The notes beneath the pieces are model-generated. The model was not told where the DNA came from. It searched no databases and saw nothing but the letters and a program-made list of their open reading frames with translations. The translations under genes and the position numbers were made by a program. Shown piece after piece: positions 39,143-47,962 of a DNA stretch of 64,000 bases. Source of the stretch: Bacteroidota bacterium. GTDB taxonomy: Bacteria > CLD3 > SB21. Where the stretch lies: NCBI GenBank assembly GCA_037445875.1, contig JBBIJR010000003.1:13109-77108 (forward strand), given 5' to 3'. Numbering within the stretch: position 1 is the first letter of the stretch; each line of letters opens with the position of its first letter.

Positions 39143-39177
39143 AACCGTCCCGCTTGCACGGCGGGACGGTTTTTTTG
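39143..39177 (+). terminator. Rho-independent terminator
   Basis: aaccgtcccgc ttgcac ggcgggacggtt followed by ttttttt. Confidence 0.6.
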
Positions 39178-39253
39178 TATATTGTTTCGTATATTAGTTA
39201 GAATGTTCCCCCGATTGGTCCGTTTTTGAGTACCTATTTTGCAGGAGGTGGCC

Positions 39254-40882
39254 ATGAAACACATATCCGCGATTCTTTGGCTCGCCGTGTTCTGCCTGTT
39301 ACCCGCCTTACCGGTCTCCGCCCAGGCGCTCTTCGAAGACCACTTCGAGAACAACATCAACGACTGGATCGTGGAGAGCACGGACAGCTACGAAACGTAC
39401 TTCATGAGCGGCCAATGGGTCATACGCTACAAGAAGGAAACCGGATCGGTCTCCTCCACCAAGAAGGTGGTCGTAGACCAGTCGAGAGACTTTACGATCG
39501 AATGCAACACACGATGGATGTCGGGCATCGACAACAACGGCTATGGCATCGAGTGGGGCCGGCTCAACGGCGATAACCGGATCTACTTCATCATCTCCGC
39601 CAACGGCCAGTACGCCGCGAGCCACTTCCAAAACGGCCAGTACAGCCCGATCGTTCCCTGGAAGGAATCCTTGTCCATCAACCGCTACGGGAGCAATCAC
39701 CTCAAAGTCGAGAAGAGCGGCTACCGGATGAAATTCTACATCAACGGCACGTACGTCGATGAGATGAACTTCATCAACTTCTACGGCGACTACATCGGCT
39801 TCAACGTGAACAAAGGACAGCAGGTGGCGTTCGACGACTTCATCGTCAAACAGACGGCCGGCTACGGATACACTTCATCGGGCGGCTACGGCGGCGGATC
39901 GTCGTGGGTCGAGGATGAATACAAACGCGGGAAGGAGTTCTTCAACCAGAAAAACTACTACCAGGCGGAGACCGCTCTTCGTAACGCCGTCCAGGGATTT
40001 CAACAGTCCGGCGACAGGAAAAAGGAATTGTACGCCTCCGAGTACCTGGCCAAGTCGCTATATCAGCAGAAGCGGTATGACGAGGCCATTACGTTGAATC
40101 TCACGCTGCTTGCGCTGGCCAATTCGATGGGCGACATGGAAGGCGTCGGCCTCGCCAACAACCGGCTGGGCGTCAACTACTATGCGAAGGGCGATTATTC
40201 CAGCGCCTTGATCTATTTCCAGGGTGCTCTGGCACAGACCCGCCAGGAGGGGAAGACGGAAGAGATCAAGACAGCCCTGCAAAACGTCATCGACGCACTC
40301 AACAAACTCGGGCGATACAGCGAAGCCCAGTCCTTTCAGAGCGAGCTGTCGTCTCTGGGCGGCTACGGAACGACGACGGGGTACGGGACGTCCGGCGGCA
40401 CGGGCTATGCCGACCAGACCTACGCCGACGCGGAATACCAGAAGGGCAAAGATTTCTATAACCAGCAGAACTACATGATGGCGGAATCGTCTTTCCGCAG
40501 CGCGATCGCCGCGTATCAGCAGTTGGGGAAGCGGCAGAACGAGCTGTACGCTTCCGAATACCTGGCAAAATCTCTGTACAAGACGGGGCGATACGACGAG
40601 GCGATCTCGCTGAATTTCCAACTCATGGGCATGGCCAGCCAGTTGAACGACATGCCGGGCGTCGGGCTGGCCAACAACCGCCTCGGGCTGAACTACTACG
40701 CCAAGGGCGACTACGGCAATGCCGTCGGGTATTTCCAGGCCGCCCTCTCGCAAAGCAAGCAGACCGGTACCGTCGACGATATCAAGACGGACCTCAACAA
40801 CGTTATCGATTCGTTGAAGAAATTAGGACGGTACTCCGAGGCGTTCATGTACGAGCAGGAGTTGAACAGCTACGGCAAGTAG
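39254..40882 (+). CDS. Secreted protein: N-terminal lectin-like beta-sandwich region plus two tandemly duplicated TPR-like modules of about 150 aa
   Basis: ORF 39239..40882. AGGAGG RBS before MKHISAILWLAVFCLLPALPVSAQA. The two modules start EYKRGKEFFNQKNYYQAE.. and EYQKGKDFYNQQNYMMAE.. and each ends ..LNKLGRYSEA. Confidence 0.6.
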   Translation: MKHISAILWLAVFCLLPALPVSAQALFEDHFENNINDWIVESTDSYETYFMSGQWVIRYKKETGSVSSTKKVVVDQSRDFTIECNTRWMSGIDNNGYGIEWGRLNGDNRIYFIISANGQYAASHFQNGQYSPIVPWKESLSINRYGSNHLKVEKSGYRMKFYINGTYVDEMNFINFYGDYIGFNVNKGQQVAFDDFIVKQTAGYGYTSSGGYGGGSSWVEDEYKRGKEFFNQKNYYQAETALRNAVQGFQQSGDRKKELYASEYLAKSLYQQKRYDEAITLNLTLLALANSMGDMEGVGLANNRLGVNYYAKGDYSSALIYFQGALAQTRQEGKTEEIKTALQNVIDALNKLGRYSEAQSFQSELSSLGGYGTTTGYGTSGGTGYADQTYADAEYQKGKDFYNQQNYMMAESSFRSAIAAYQQLGKRQNELYASEYLAKSLYKTGRYDEAISLNFQLMGMASQLNDMPGVGLANNRLGLNYYAKGDYGNAVGYFQAALSQSKQTGTVDDIKTDLNNVIDSLKKLGRYSEAFMYEQELNSYGK

Positions 40883-41049
40883 AAGAGCCGATTAAGGAGA
40901 AAACGGTCCGTCTGTTGCACGTCCTTTTTATGCGACCGCTTGCTTTCGCGGAGCTGTTTACCGTACTTTGAACGTGACCATAGTTCGCTCGACATAGTTC
41001 CATCCGCACCTATACATAAATCGTCTTTCAATCAGAAGGAAGATTCATC

Positions 41050-42159
41050 GTGAGCAAACGAACTGTTCTGACCCTGACTTGTTGCCTCTTGGCAGCCTGG
41101 AATATCCGAGCCCAGGATCTGAAAGGTGCCATCGAGAATCTCGCAACGGACGCGGCCAGAGCGTACGTCCGGCCGGTGGTGTCCGGCTTCGGCAGCGATC
41201 TTAACACGGGTTGGTTTCATCGCGCGCCAAAAGCGCAGAGGCTGGGATTCAACGTGGAAGTCGGCTTTGTGGCGATGGGTACGCTGTTCAACAAGAAGGA
41301 CAAGCGCTTCTCCGTGACGAAGAATCTGACAATCACGGAAGACGAGGCGACTCGTTTAGCCACGACGTTTGTTGAAAACGATCCCACACTCAGCCAGTTG
41401 ACAGGTACTTTCAAGGACCAGGCGATTGCCACCATTGCAAACGAGATCGCCGATCAGATCGTCAATGTCACGATAGCCGGCGCGACCTTTATCGGGGACA
41501 AAGAGGATACCGTGAAATTGACCATCAACAACGACATCTTGTTCACCTACAACAGTCAATCCTACACGATGCAGAACGGTCAAGAGACCAACCTCGGTGT
41601 GGGCGGATTGCTGGACGCGCCCGTTGTTCCTTTGCTTGCGCCTCAACTTACGGTTGGAACTGTCATGGGCTCTCAGCTGACGATACGCTACGTGCCAACG
41701 GTTAAACTCAAAGATGAGGTGGGAAAAGTCAACTACTTCGGCATTGGCATTCAACACAATCCGGGCGTGTGGTTCCCGCAGCCGCTCCCGGTCGACCTCG
41801 CCGTTGCTTTCTACACGCAGAATCTCAAGCAGGGGAAGCTGTTTGAGGCAACGGCTACGGCCTACGGGATCACAGCCAGCAAGCAGTTCGGTTTCCGGTT
41901 CCTCAACCTCACTCCGTACGCCGGATTCCTGCTCGAGTCGTCGGAAATGAAGTTCAAGTATGACTACTCTTACACCGTACCCGATGGTAGCGGAGGTCTG
42001 GCGACTGAAACGGCCAAGATTTCCTTTACCGAGAAAGGCAAGAACAAGAACCGCATCACGATCGGCACCAATATTCGCTTTCTCATGGTCAACATAAACG
42101 CGGACTACAGTTTTGCGAAGAACTCAGCCTATAGCGCGGGGATAAACTTCGCCCTCTAA
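41050..42159 (+). CDS. Secreted hypothetical protein with a signal peptide
   Basis: GTG start. MSKRTVLTLTCCLLAAWNIRAQD. No recognisable domain. Confidence 0.5.
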   Translation: MSKRTVLTLTCCLLAAWNIRAQDLKGAIENLATDAARAYVRPVVSGFGSDLNTGWFHRAPKAQRLGFNVEVGFVAMGTLFNKKDKRFSVTKNLTITEDEATRLATTFVENDPTLSQLTGTFKDQAIATIANEIADQIVNVTIAGATFIGDKEDTVKLTINNDILFTYNSQSYTMQNGQETNLGVGGLLDAPVVPLLAPQLTVGTVMGSQLTIRYVPTVKLKDEVGKVNYFGIGIQHNPGVWFPQPLPVDLAVAFYTQNLKQGKLFEATATAYGITASKQFGFRFLNLTPYAGFLLESSEMKFKYDYSYTVPDGSGGLATETAKISFTEKGKNKNRITIGTNIRFLMVNINADYSFAKNSAYSAGINFAL

Positions 42160-42180
42160 GCCAACGCCTATTGCATTGAG

Positions 42181-42215
42181 AAGGGCTGGTCGATGGAAGG
42201 TCAGCCCTTTCTATT
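42181..42215. terminator. Possible bidirectional terminator hairpin between convergent genes
   Basis: aagggctg ..13 nt.. cagccctt followed by tctattct. It overlaps the mobA stop codon. Confidence 0.3.
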
Positions 42216-42809
42216 CTGGCGTGCACGGTACAACCGAATGGCCTCCCGGTAATCCTCCGCTGTGTTCATGTTGAAGAAAACGTGAGGATGGGACGCGGCT
42301 GTCACATTCTCGGCCGGAACCACCAGCGTGGGCAGCTGTCCGTACAGCCGTTGGATGGCAAAGTCCTCGCGAACCATCATGTCTTCGATCGTCGAAAGAC
42401 ATTTCTTCGAATAGACCGCGCATAAGGACTCGTACCCTTGCGGCCCCTTCGGCACGACGATGTTGTACGATGCGGCTCGATCCAGTAAGAACGTGCCGGC
42501 CCGATGGTCGAACAACGGCAGGTCGCACGCCAGCACAATGTTCACCTCGTGTTCCGACTCACTCAACCCGGCGTGAATGCCGCTCAATGCGCACTCCGCT
42601 GCGTAGCGGTCTCTTACGATGCGAACACCCACCGGGGGTATTAGCCCAGGCTGCTTGGTCACCACGGCAACGTCCGGCGTCAGACGGCGAAGCTCTCCGA
42701 TCAAGTGTTCGAGTAATGTCGTGTGATGAAAGGGGAGGAGGAACTTGTCGGCGCCCATACGTTCGGAGCGGCCGCCGGCGAGAACTATGGCGCCGCACTC
42801 AGCGGGCAT
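42201..42809 (-). CDS. mobA: Molybdenum cofactor guanylyltransferase
   Basis: Inside ORF 42201..43106. Start MPAECGAIVLAGGRSERMGADKFLL (MobA N-terminal motif). Confidence 0.75.
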   Translation of the reverse strand: MPAECGAIVLAGGRSERMGADKFLLPFHHTTLLEHLIGELRRLTPDVAVVTKQPGLIPPVGVRIVRDRYAAECALSGIHAGLSESEHEVNIVLACDLPLFDHRAGTFLLDRAASYNIVVPKGPQGYESLCAVYSKKCLSTIEDMMVREDFAIQRLYGQLPTLVVPAENVTAASHPHVFFNMNTAEDYREAIRLYRARQNRKG

Positions 42810-43737
42810 CGTCCTTTTCGTATAGCACGGCCTTCCGGAATTTCTCCGGACCGGCCCGGTCGATCCGGTACTCGTACCCGTTGGTCCACAACACGAGCCG
42901 CTCCGCCGACACCTCGAGCCGGGGCTTCTTGAAGTAATTCGTGTAGCGGGTGTTATCCAGGTAGACGCTGAGCACGTCCTGGTCGAAATGAACGTAGAAC
43001 CACAACAGGCGCCCGTCTTCATCCTCTTGCATCGGCTTGATGTTGACCGCCGACAGGTCGACCGGATTCTTGAAGCGCAGCCGCGACTCGATCGTCCCGG
43101 ACTCACGGATCAACGTCAGCGGAAGTTCGATCGTCCTCGGCATCAGCAGATCCTCGGCGCGGAATCTCTGACTGTGTTTGGCCGGGATCGTCTCGGCCGG
43201 CGCGGAGTATGTCTGCGGTCGCGTGACGATCGTTCCTTTCCCCGTGCTCTTTTTTGCCAGAGGGCCTTTCGCCGCGGACTCCTCGGACGGTTTTGGTTTT
43301 TCGGCTCCGGACTCAACCGATGCGGGCGATTGAACCGGCGAGGCCTTTTCTTTGACCGACTCTTCCGCGACCGGGGTTTCGGGCGTCCGGTACACCACAC
43401 GGTACACCAGGTAGGACAACCCCGCCACGATCAGGATCGCCGCAGCTACTTTGAGCAAACGCGGCCGAATCGAACGCGGTGTCGCTCCGCCCTCAATCAA
43501 TTGCAGGACCGGCCCGTCGGACCGGAGTTGGTCCTTCAGCCGTTGTTTCAAGTCGACCCGTCCCTGCTGCCGGACTGCCGCTACGATGGCCTGCGTCAAC
43601 GCCAGTTCCTCTGCCGCGTCGGGATCCGAGGCCAGCAGCCGCTCGAGCCTGCGCCGCTCTTCGTCGCTCAGCCGCCCGAGGACGTATCGATCCAGCACGT
43701 CGTCTTGCTCAAGCCATTGTCTCTCTCGGTCGTTCAT
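42799..43737 (-). CDS. Anti-sigma factor: cytoplasmic anti-sigma N-terminal domain, one TM helix, periplasmic C-terminal domain
   Basis: MNDRERQWLEQDDVLDRYVLGRLSDEERRRLERLL... TM LLKVAAAILIVAGLSYLVY. Immediately downstream of an ECF sigma gene. Confidence 0.6.
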   Translation of the reverse strand: MNDRERQWLEQDDVLDRYVLGRLSDEERRRLERLLASDPDAAEELALTQAIVAAVRQQGRVDLKQRLKDQLRSDGPVLQLIEGGATPRSIRPRLLKVAAAILIVAGLSYLVYRVVYRTPETPVAEESVKEKASPVQSPASVESGAEKPKPSEESAAKGPLAKKSTGKGTIVTRPQTYSAPAETIPAKHSQRFRAEDLLMPRTIELPLTLIRESGTIESRLRFKNPVDLSAVNIKPMQEDEDGRLLWFYVHFDQDVLSVYLDNTRYTNYFKKPRLEVSAERLVLWTNGYEYRIDRAGPEKFRKAVLYEKDDAR

Positions 43738-43741
43738 TCGA

Positions 43742-44335
43742 TCACTTTCGCGGATCCTTCAAGTAGTCCCGGACCCGTTTTTCCAGTTCTTTCTTGCACT
43801 GCCATTTCTTCGCTTTCGCCACGTCGGTGTTGGCAAACCGCATGGCGCGGGCGATTTCTTCCATGCCCTTTTCTTCGAGGTAGAACATCGTAAGAACCTT
43901 CCGGCACGTGGCGCCGAGGGAGTGAATGCACTTCAGTACGACCTGGTACTGCTCGGTATGGATGATCTCCCGGAGAGCATCGATGCGCTCTTCCGCGATG
44001 GGGTGCTGGTCGTCCAGGGGACCCACTTTGCCCACCTTGCGCTTGCTGATCTCCCGCAGCCACTTGTTCCTCACCACCGAATAGACGTACGTGCTGATCT
44101 TGGACGTGAGATCGAAATCGCCTCGCGCGACATTTTCCCAAAGAACAATCAACGCGTCCTGGAGCATGTCCTCCGCATCTTCTTCGCGGCCGCTGTTGTC
44201 CAGGACGAACTTGCGGACCATCAGGATGTTGCTGCGGTAGAGCTGGGCGAGCGCGCTCTCGTCACCGCGGCGCATTCGGTCGATGATCTGCCGGTCCGAT
44301 TCCGCCGTGGCCGTCTCATACGCCGCGGGTTTCAC
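43742..44335 (-). CDS. RNA polymerase sigma-70 factor, ECF subfamily
   Basis: Region 2 and region 4 motifs (DAEDMLQDALIVLW; LTMFYLEEKGMEEIARAM). Confidence 0.85.
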   Translation of the reverse strand: MKPAAYETATAESDRQIIDRMRRGDESALAQLYRSNILMVRKFVLDNSGREEDAEDMLQDALIVLWENVARGDFDLTSKISTYVYSVVRNKWLREISKRKVGKVGPLDDQHPIAEERIDALREIIHTEQYQVVLKCIHSLGATCRKVLTMFYLEEKGMEEIARAMRFANTDVAKAKKWQCKKELEKRVRDYLKDPRK

Positions 44336-44436
44336 CGGGCCTCAGTACGAATTAATATCAGGAAAACCAAAATGTAAACCCGCCATAAGTTTTTCAGGGA
44401 ACAATGCGGCTATATTAACCAATAGACCGGCTTTTG

Positions 44437-45390
44437 TCAACGAGGAACCACCGTCCCGAACCGCTCTCCGCTCTTCACAGCATGCCCTCGAAGGAACTCC
44501 GCAGCAGTCATTCGTCGTTTTGAGGGGGGCTGCAATTCCAGTATCTCCAACGCATCCCCGGCGCCGCAAGCGACGCACATCCTTTGTGTTTCGGCTGTCG
44601 ACACGATCGTGCCCGGCGGCTCTCCGGTCCGCTCGTGGGTGAGGCAAGTCCGGTATACCTTGAAGACCTCGTTACCCAGCGTCGTTGTCGCGCCGGGATG
44701 CGGCGAAAGGCCGCGAACAAAATTGTGAACCAAGCCGGCGGGCTGGTCCCACCGGACGACGCAGGTTTCCTTGAACAGTTTCGGGGCCGCGGTGACCAGC
44801 GACTCATCCTGGGCGAAGGTTTGCACGGTGCCCCCGGCGATCCGATCGCAGGTTTCCGCGGCCACGTCCGCTCCGAGCGCGGCCAGACGATCGTGCAGCT
44901 CGCCGGCCGTCTCGTCCGGTCCGATCGACAGCGCGCGCTGAAGGATCACCGTGCCGGTGTCCACTTTTTCCTGTATGAAGAACGTCGTCACGCCGGTTTC
45001 GGTCTCGCCGCGCACGATGGCCCAGTGAATCGGTGCCGCACCCCGGTACTTCGGCAGCAGCGAAGCATGGAGGTTGACGCAGCCTCTTCGAGGAAGCGTA
45101 AAGACGTCGGGCGGCAGGATCCGAAAAGCGACGACGAAATACAAATCCGCATCCAACAGGCGAAGTTCCTCGATGAAGGCCGGTTCCTTCAGGGAGTTCT
45201 TTTCCGGACCCGGCTGGATCAGCGGAAGGCCCAGCCGGAGGGCGGCGGACTTAACGGGAGTAAACGTTACCTGCTGGCCGCGACCGCGCGGCAGGTCCGG
45301 TGCCGTGACCACCGCGACCACCCGGTGATGACTTTCACACAATCGGGCGAGGGTCGGTACGGCAAAATCGGCCGTCCCCATGAACACCAT
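44437..45390 (-). CDS. fmt: Methionyl-tRNA formyltransferase
   Basis: Inside ORF 44437..45570. Start MVFMGTADFAVPTL. HASLLPKYRGAAPI is the formyltransferase motif. Confidence 0.9.
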   Translation of the reverse strand: MVFMGTADFAVPTLARLCESHHRVVAVVTAPDLPRGRGQQVTFTPVKSAALRLGLPLIQPGPEKNSLKEPAFIEELRLLDADLYFVVAFRILPPDVFTLPRRGCVNLHASLLPKYRGAAPIHWAIVRGETETGVTTFFIQEKVDTGTVILQRALSIGPDETAGELHDRLAALGADVAAETCDRIAGGTVQTFAQDESLVTAAPKLFKETCVVRWDQPAGLVHNFVRGLSPHPGATTTLGNEVFKVYRTCLTHERTGEPPGTIVSTAETQRMCVACGAGDALEILELQPPSKRRMTAAEFLRGHAVKSGERFGTVVPR

Positions 45391-45606
45391 GCGTAGCGGA
45401 TTCACATGATCCTGCAACGATAAACCGGAGTGGATTTCGAACGGTCTAAGATAGTGGATTGCGGTCTCAGTTCCAAATGGTCTGCGGCAGACGCGACGGT
45501 GCTGGCCAACTTCAATTATTTCCGGTACTTTGACGTTGCTTTTCAGAGGTCGAGTCGGTATATTGCCCATCGCAACGTGAGGGTTTACCTCCAGTCCGTC
45601 AGATTC

Positions 45607-46605
45607 ATGAACATGTCAAACACGATCGAAGCGCGATATTATCACACGGACGGAGACACCGTGGTGTGTGATCTCTGTCCTCGCACTTGCACACTCCGGA
45701 ACGGGGAAGAGGGCGACTGCTGGGGGTACCGGAACATCGATGGTAAACTGATCGCCGTGAGTTACGGGCAGCTCGTTGCCGCTTCCTACGACCCGATGGA
45801 GAAAAAACCGTTCTACCACTACTACCCCAACTCGACCATTCTTTCCATTGCGGCCAACGGATGCAACTTGCGTTGCAAGTTCTGCCAGAACTACGGCATG
45901 GCCCTGGAGCGGGCCGACAGCAAACACGTCACGCTGCAGACGCTCCTCGACTACTCCGGCAAGAGCCATTCCATCGGCGTGGCCTATTCTTTCACCGAGC
46001 CGCTCATGTGGTTCGAGTTCCTGATGGATGCCACGCGGAAACTGAAAGGCATCGGCCAGAAGAACATCATCGTCAGCAACGGATACGTCAACGACGAGCC
46101 GCTGAAGGAGATCCTTTCCTACATCGATGCGATCAACATCAGCGTCAAATCGATGCGTCAGGAAGCCTACGACCGCTTCATCGACGGAAAGGTCGATGTG
46201 GTCCTGCGTTCCATCGAATTGGCCAGCCGGCAGACGCATCTTGAGTTGACGTACCTGTTGATACCGGGTGTGAGCGACAGCGAAAAGGACGTCGGCGATT
46301 TCGTGGATTTCGTTGCGGGAGTCAGCAAGGATATCCCGGTCCATTTCAAACGTTTCTTCCCGCACTATCAGATGGCGGATTATCCGATGACGCCCAACGA
46401 AACCCTTGTCCGCGTGTACAAGCAGGCAAACCAGAAACTGAACTACATCTACCTGACCGATGCCGATATTGACGGCGTGTCGGACACGTTTTGTCCTAAT
46501 TGCAAACGTCTGATCATTAAGCGCCGGGATTACCAGTCCAATCTGGGGGGTATGCGCGGGCCCAATTGCAAATTCTGCGGACACCGGATTAATATCAAAT
46601 TCTAA
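45607..46605 (+). CDS. Radical SAM enzyme, pyruvate formate-lyase activase-like (AmmeMemoRadiSam-system type)
   Basis: Inside ORF 45430..46605. N-terminal Cys motif CDLCPRTC. Radical SAM motif CNLRCKFC. Confidence 0.65.
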   Translation: MNMSNTIEARYYHTDGDTVVCDLCPRTCTLRNGEEGDCWGYRNIDGKLIAVSYGQLVAASYDPMEKKPFYHYYPNSTILSIAANGCNLRCKFCQNYGMALERADSKHVTLQTLLDYSGKSHSIGVAYSFTEPLMWFEFLMDATRKLKGIGQKNIIVSNGYVNDEPLKEILSYIDAINISVKSMRQEAYDRFIDGKVDVVLRSIELASRQTHLELTYLLIPGVSDSEKDVGDFVDFVAGVSKDIPVHFKRFFPHYQMADYPMTPNETLVRVYKQANQKLNYIYLTDADIDGVSDTFCPNCKRLIIKRRDYQSNLGGMRGPNCKFCGHRINIKF

Positions 46606-46613
46606 CGCGAGGC

Positions 46614-47960
46614 TTGCTTATTTTCTCATTCGGGTGGGTGAAGAGCCGATCAACCGTTTTCAGGCGTCTCCTGGGATGCCTCGCGGCTGCGGCGCTGGTT
46701 GTACCGGCCGCCTGTGAAGACGGTGTCAACGATGTCGGCATCGAGGGATTTGACCGGGAGGGAGCGTCGGGCACGTTCGTTAGGGACACGCTGTACGTGT
46801 CGGCCCTGCTCAACGATACGTCGTTCGTGGATTCGATCACGACGTCGAGCGCCCGGCGGCTCTATCTCGGATCCGTCGACCAGTACGACTTCAGGATAGT
46901 CATGAAGTTTACCATGTCTTCCGTCGTCGAAAGCGTTCAGGTCCAGCAGGCTCGCATCGAAATGGTTCCGTCCGCATCCTACGGGGAAGGGACTACCCTG
47001 ACCGCGCGAATAAGGACCCTTCGCAAGAATTGGACCGAGTCGGACGTGTTGTGGACAAGATTCGATCCCGATGGTGACGGCGGGCCGGACGTATGGGACG
47101 TGCCGGTGGCCCGGAGCGATTCCGGCGGTACGCTGTGGGTCTGGACCGTGCCGCGGGACACGGTCCAGCAGTGGGTATACGCTCGCAAGGACACAAACCG
47201 GAAGAACTTCGGAATGATCATCGATTTCCAGTCCGGGGCGAACTTTGTGCAGCAGTTTTACAGCGCCAGCGTGGTCAATTCCAGTAATGTGCCCGACCCG
47301 GACAAAGCTCCGCGCCTCGTGTTCAGTTACACGAAACTGGATGGTGATGTTGTGACAGAGGACTCGATCAAGATCTATCCCGCGATCACGCGGACGAGCA
47401 CCGGGTCACAGGTGTATGACGGAGGGCGGAGCGGATACCTGTACCGCGACCGGGCGGCCCAGCCGGCCGACGAGTTGTGGGTGGGCGGGGGTGTCGTGTA
47501 TCATTCGTTCCTCTATTTCAACGCGGAAACCGTCCCCGTAACGTCCACCGTCACGAGCGCTCAGCTGGTGATGCCGCTGGACCCTGCGGGGCGATACCGG
47601 TACTTGCCGTCGGATTCGGTACACCTGCAGGCGGCACGCCTGACGTCGGGCCCCTCCACCTGGCAGGCGGGCAGCGTCACGATCCGAAGCGACGACGCCT
47701 TTTATCTCCTGAACAACGCGACCAAGCGGGCACGCCTGACGGGCCTCATCGCCAATGACACGCTCCGCGTGACCATCACCGAGCAGATGCAGGAATGGGT
47801 GTCCTCGCCCTCGTCCAACTACGGACTCCGGCTGTTCGGGGCGGATGAGCTCTCGGGAGATTTCAACCGTCTATACCGTGTCCGATTCAAACGATCGAAC
47901 ACCGATTCGCTTGGATCGCCGCAGGTCATACTCCAGTACACGAGGCCGCCGGACAACTAG
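46614..47960 (+). CDS. Hypothetical lipoprotein
   Basis: Lipobox VVPAAC. No confident domain assignment. Confidence 0.5.
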   Translation: MLIFSFGWVKSRSTVFRRLLGCLAAAALVVPAACEDGVNDVGIEGFDREGASGTFVRDTLYVSALLNDTSFVDSITTSSARRLYLGSVDQYDFRIVMKFTMSSVVESVQVQQARIEMVPSASYGEGTTLTARIRTLRKNWTESDVLWTRFDPDGDGGPDVWDVPVARSDSGGTLWVWTVPRDTVQQWVYARKDTNRKNFGMIIDFQSGANFVQQFYSASVVNSSNVPDPDKAPRLVFSYTKLDGDVVTEDSIKIYPAITRTSTGSQVYDGGRSGYLYRDRAAQPADELWVGGGVVYHSFLYFNAETVPVTSTVTSAQLVMPLDPAGRYRYLPSDSVHLQAARLTSGPSTWQAGSVTIRSDDAFYLLNNATKRARLTGLIANDTLRVTITEQMQEWVSSPSSNYGLRLFGADELSGDFNRLYRVRFKRSNTDSLGSPQVILQYTRPPDN

Positions 47961-47962
47961 CT

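Noticed and set aside
41050-42159. Assigning the 369-aa secreted protein to a specific outer-membrane protein family from its C-terminus.
   Set aside because: It ends in ..NFAL, not an aromatic residue, and shows no clear beta-barrel periodicity by eye. It is left as hypothetical.
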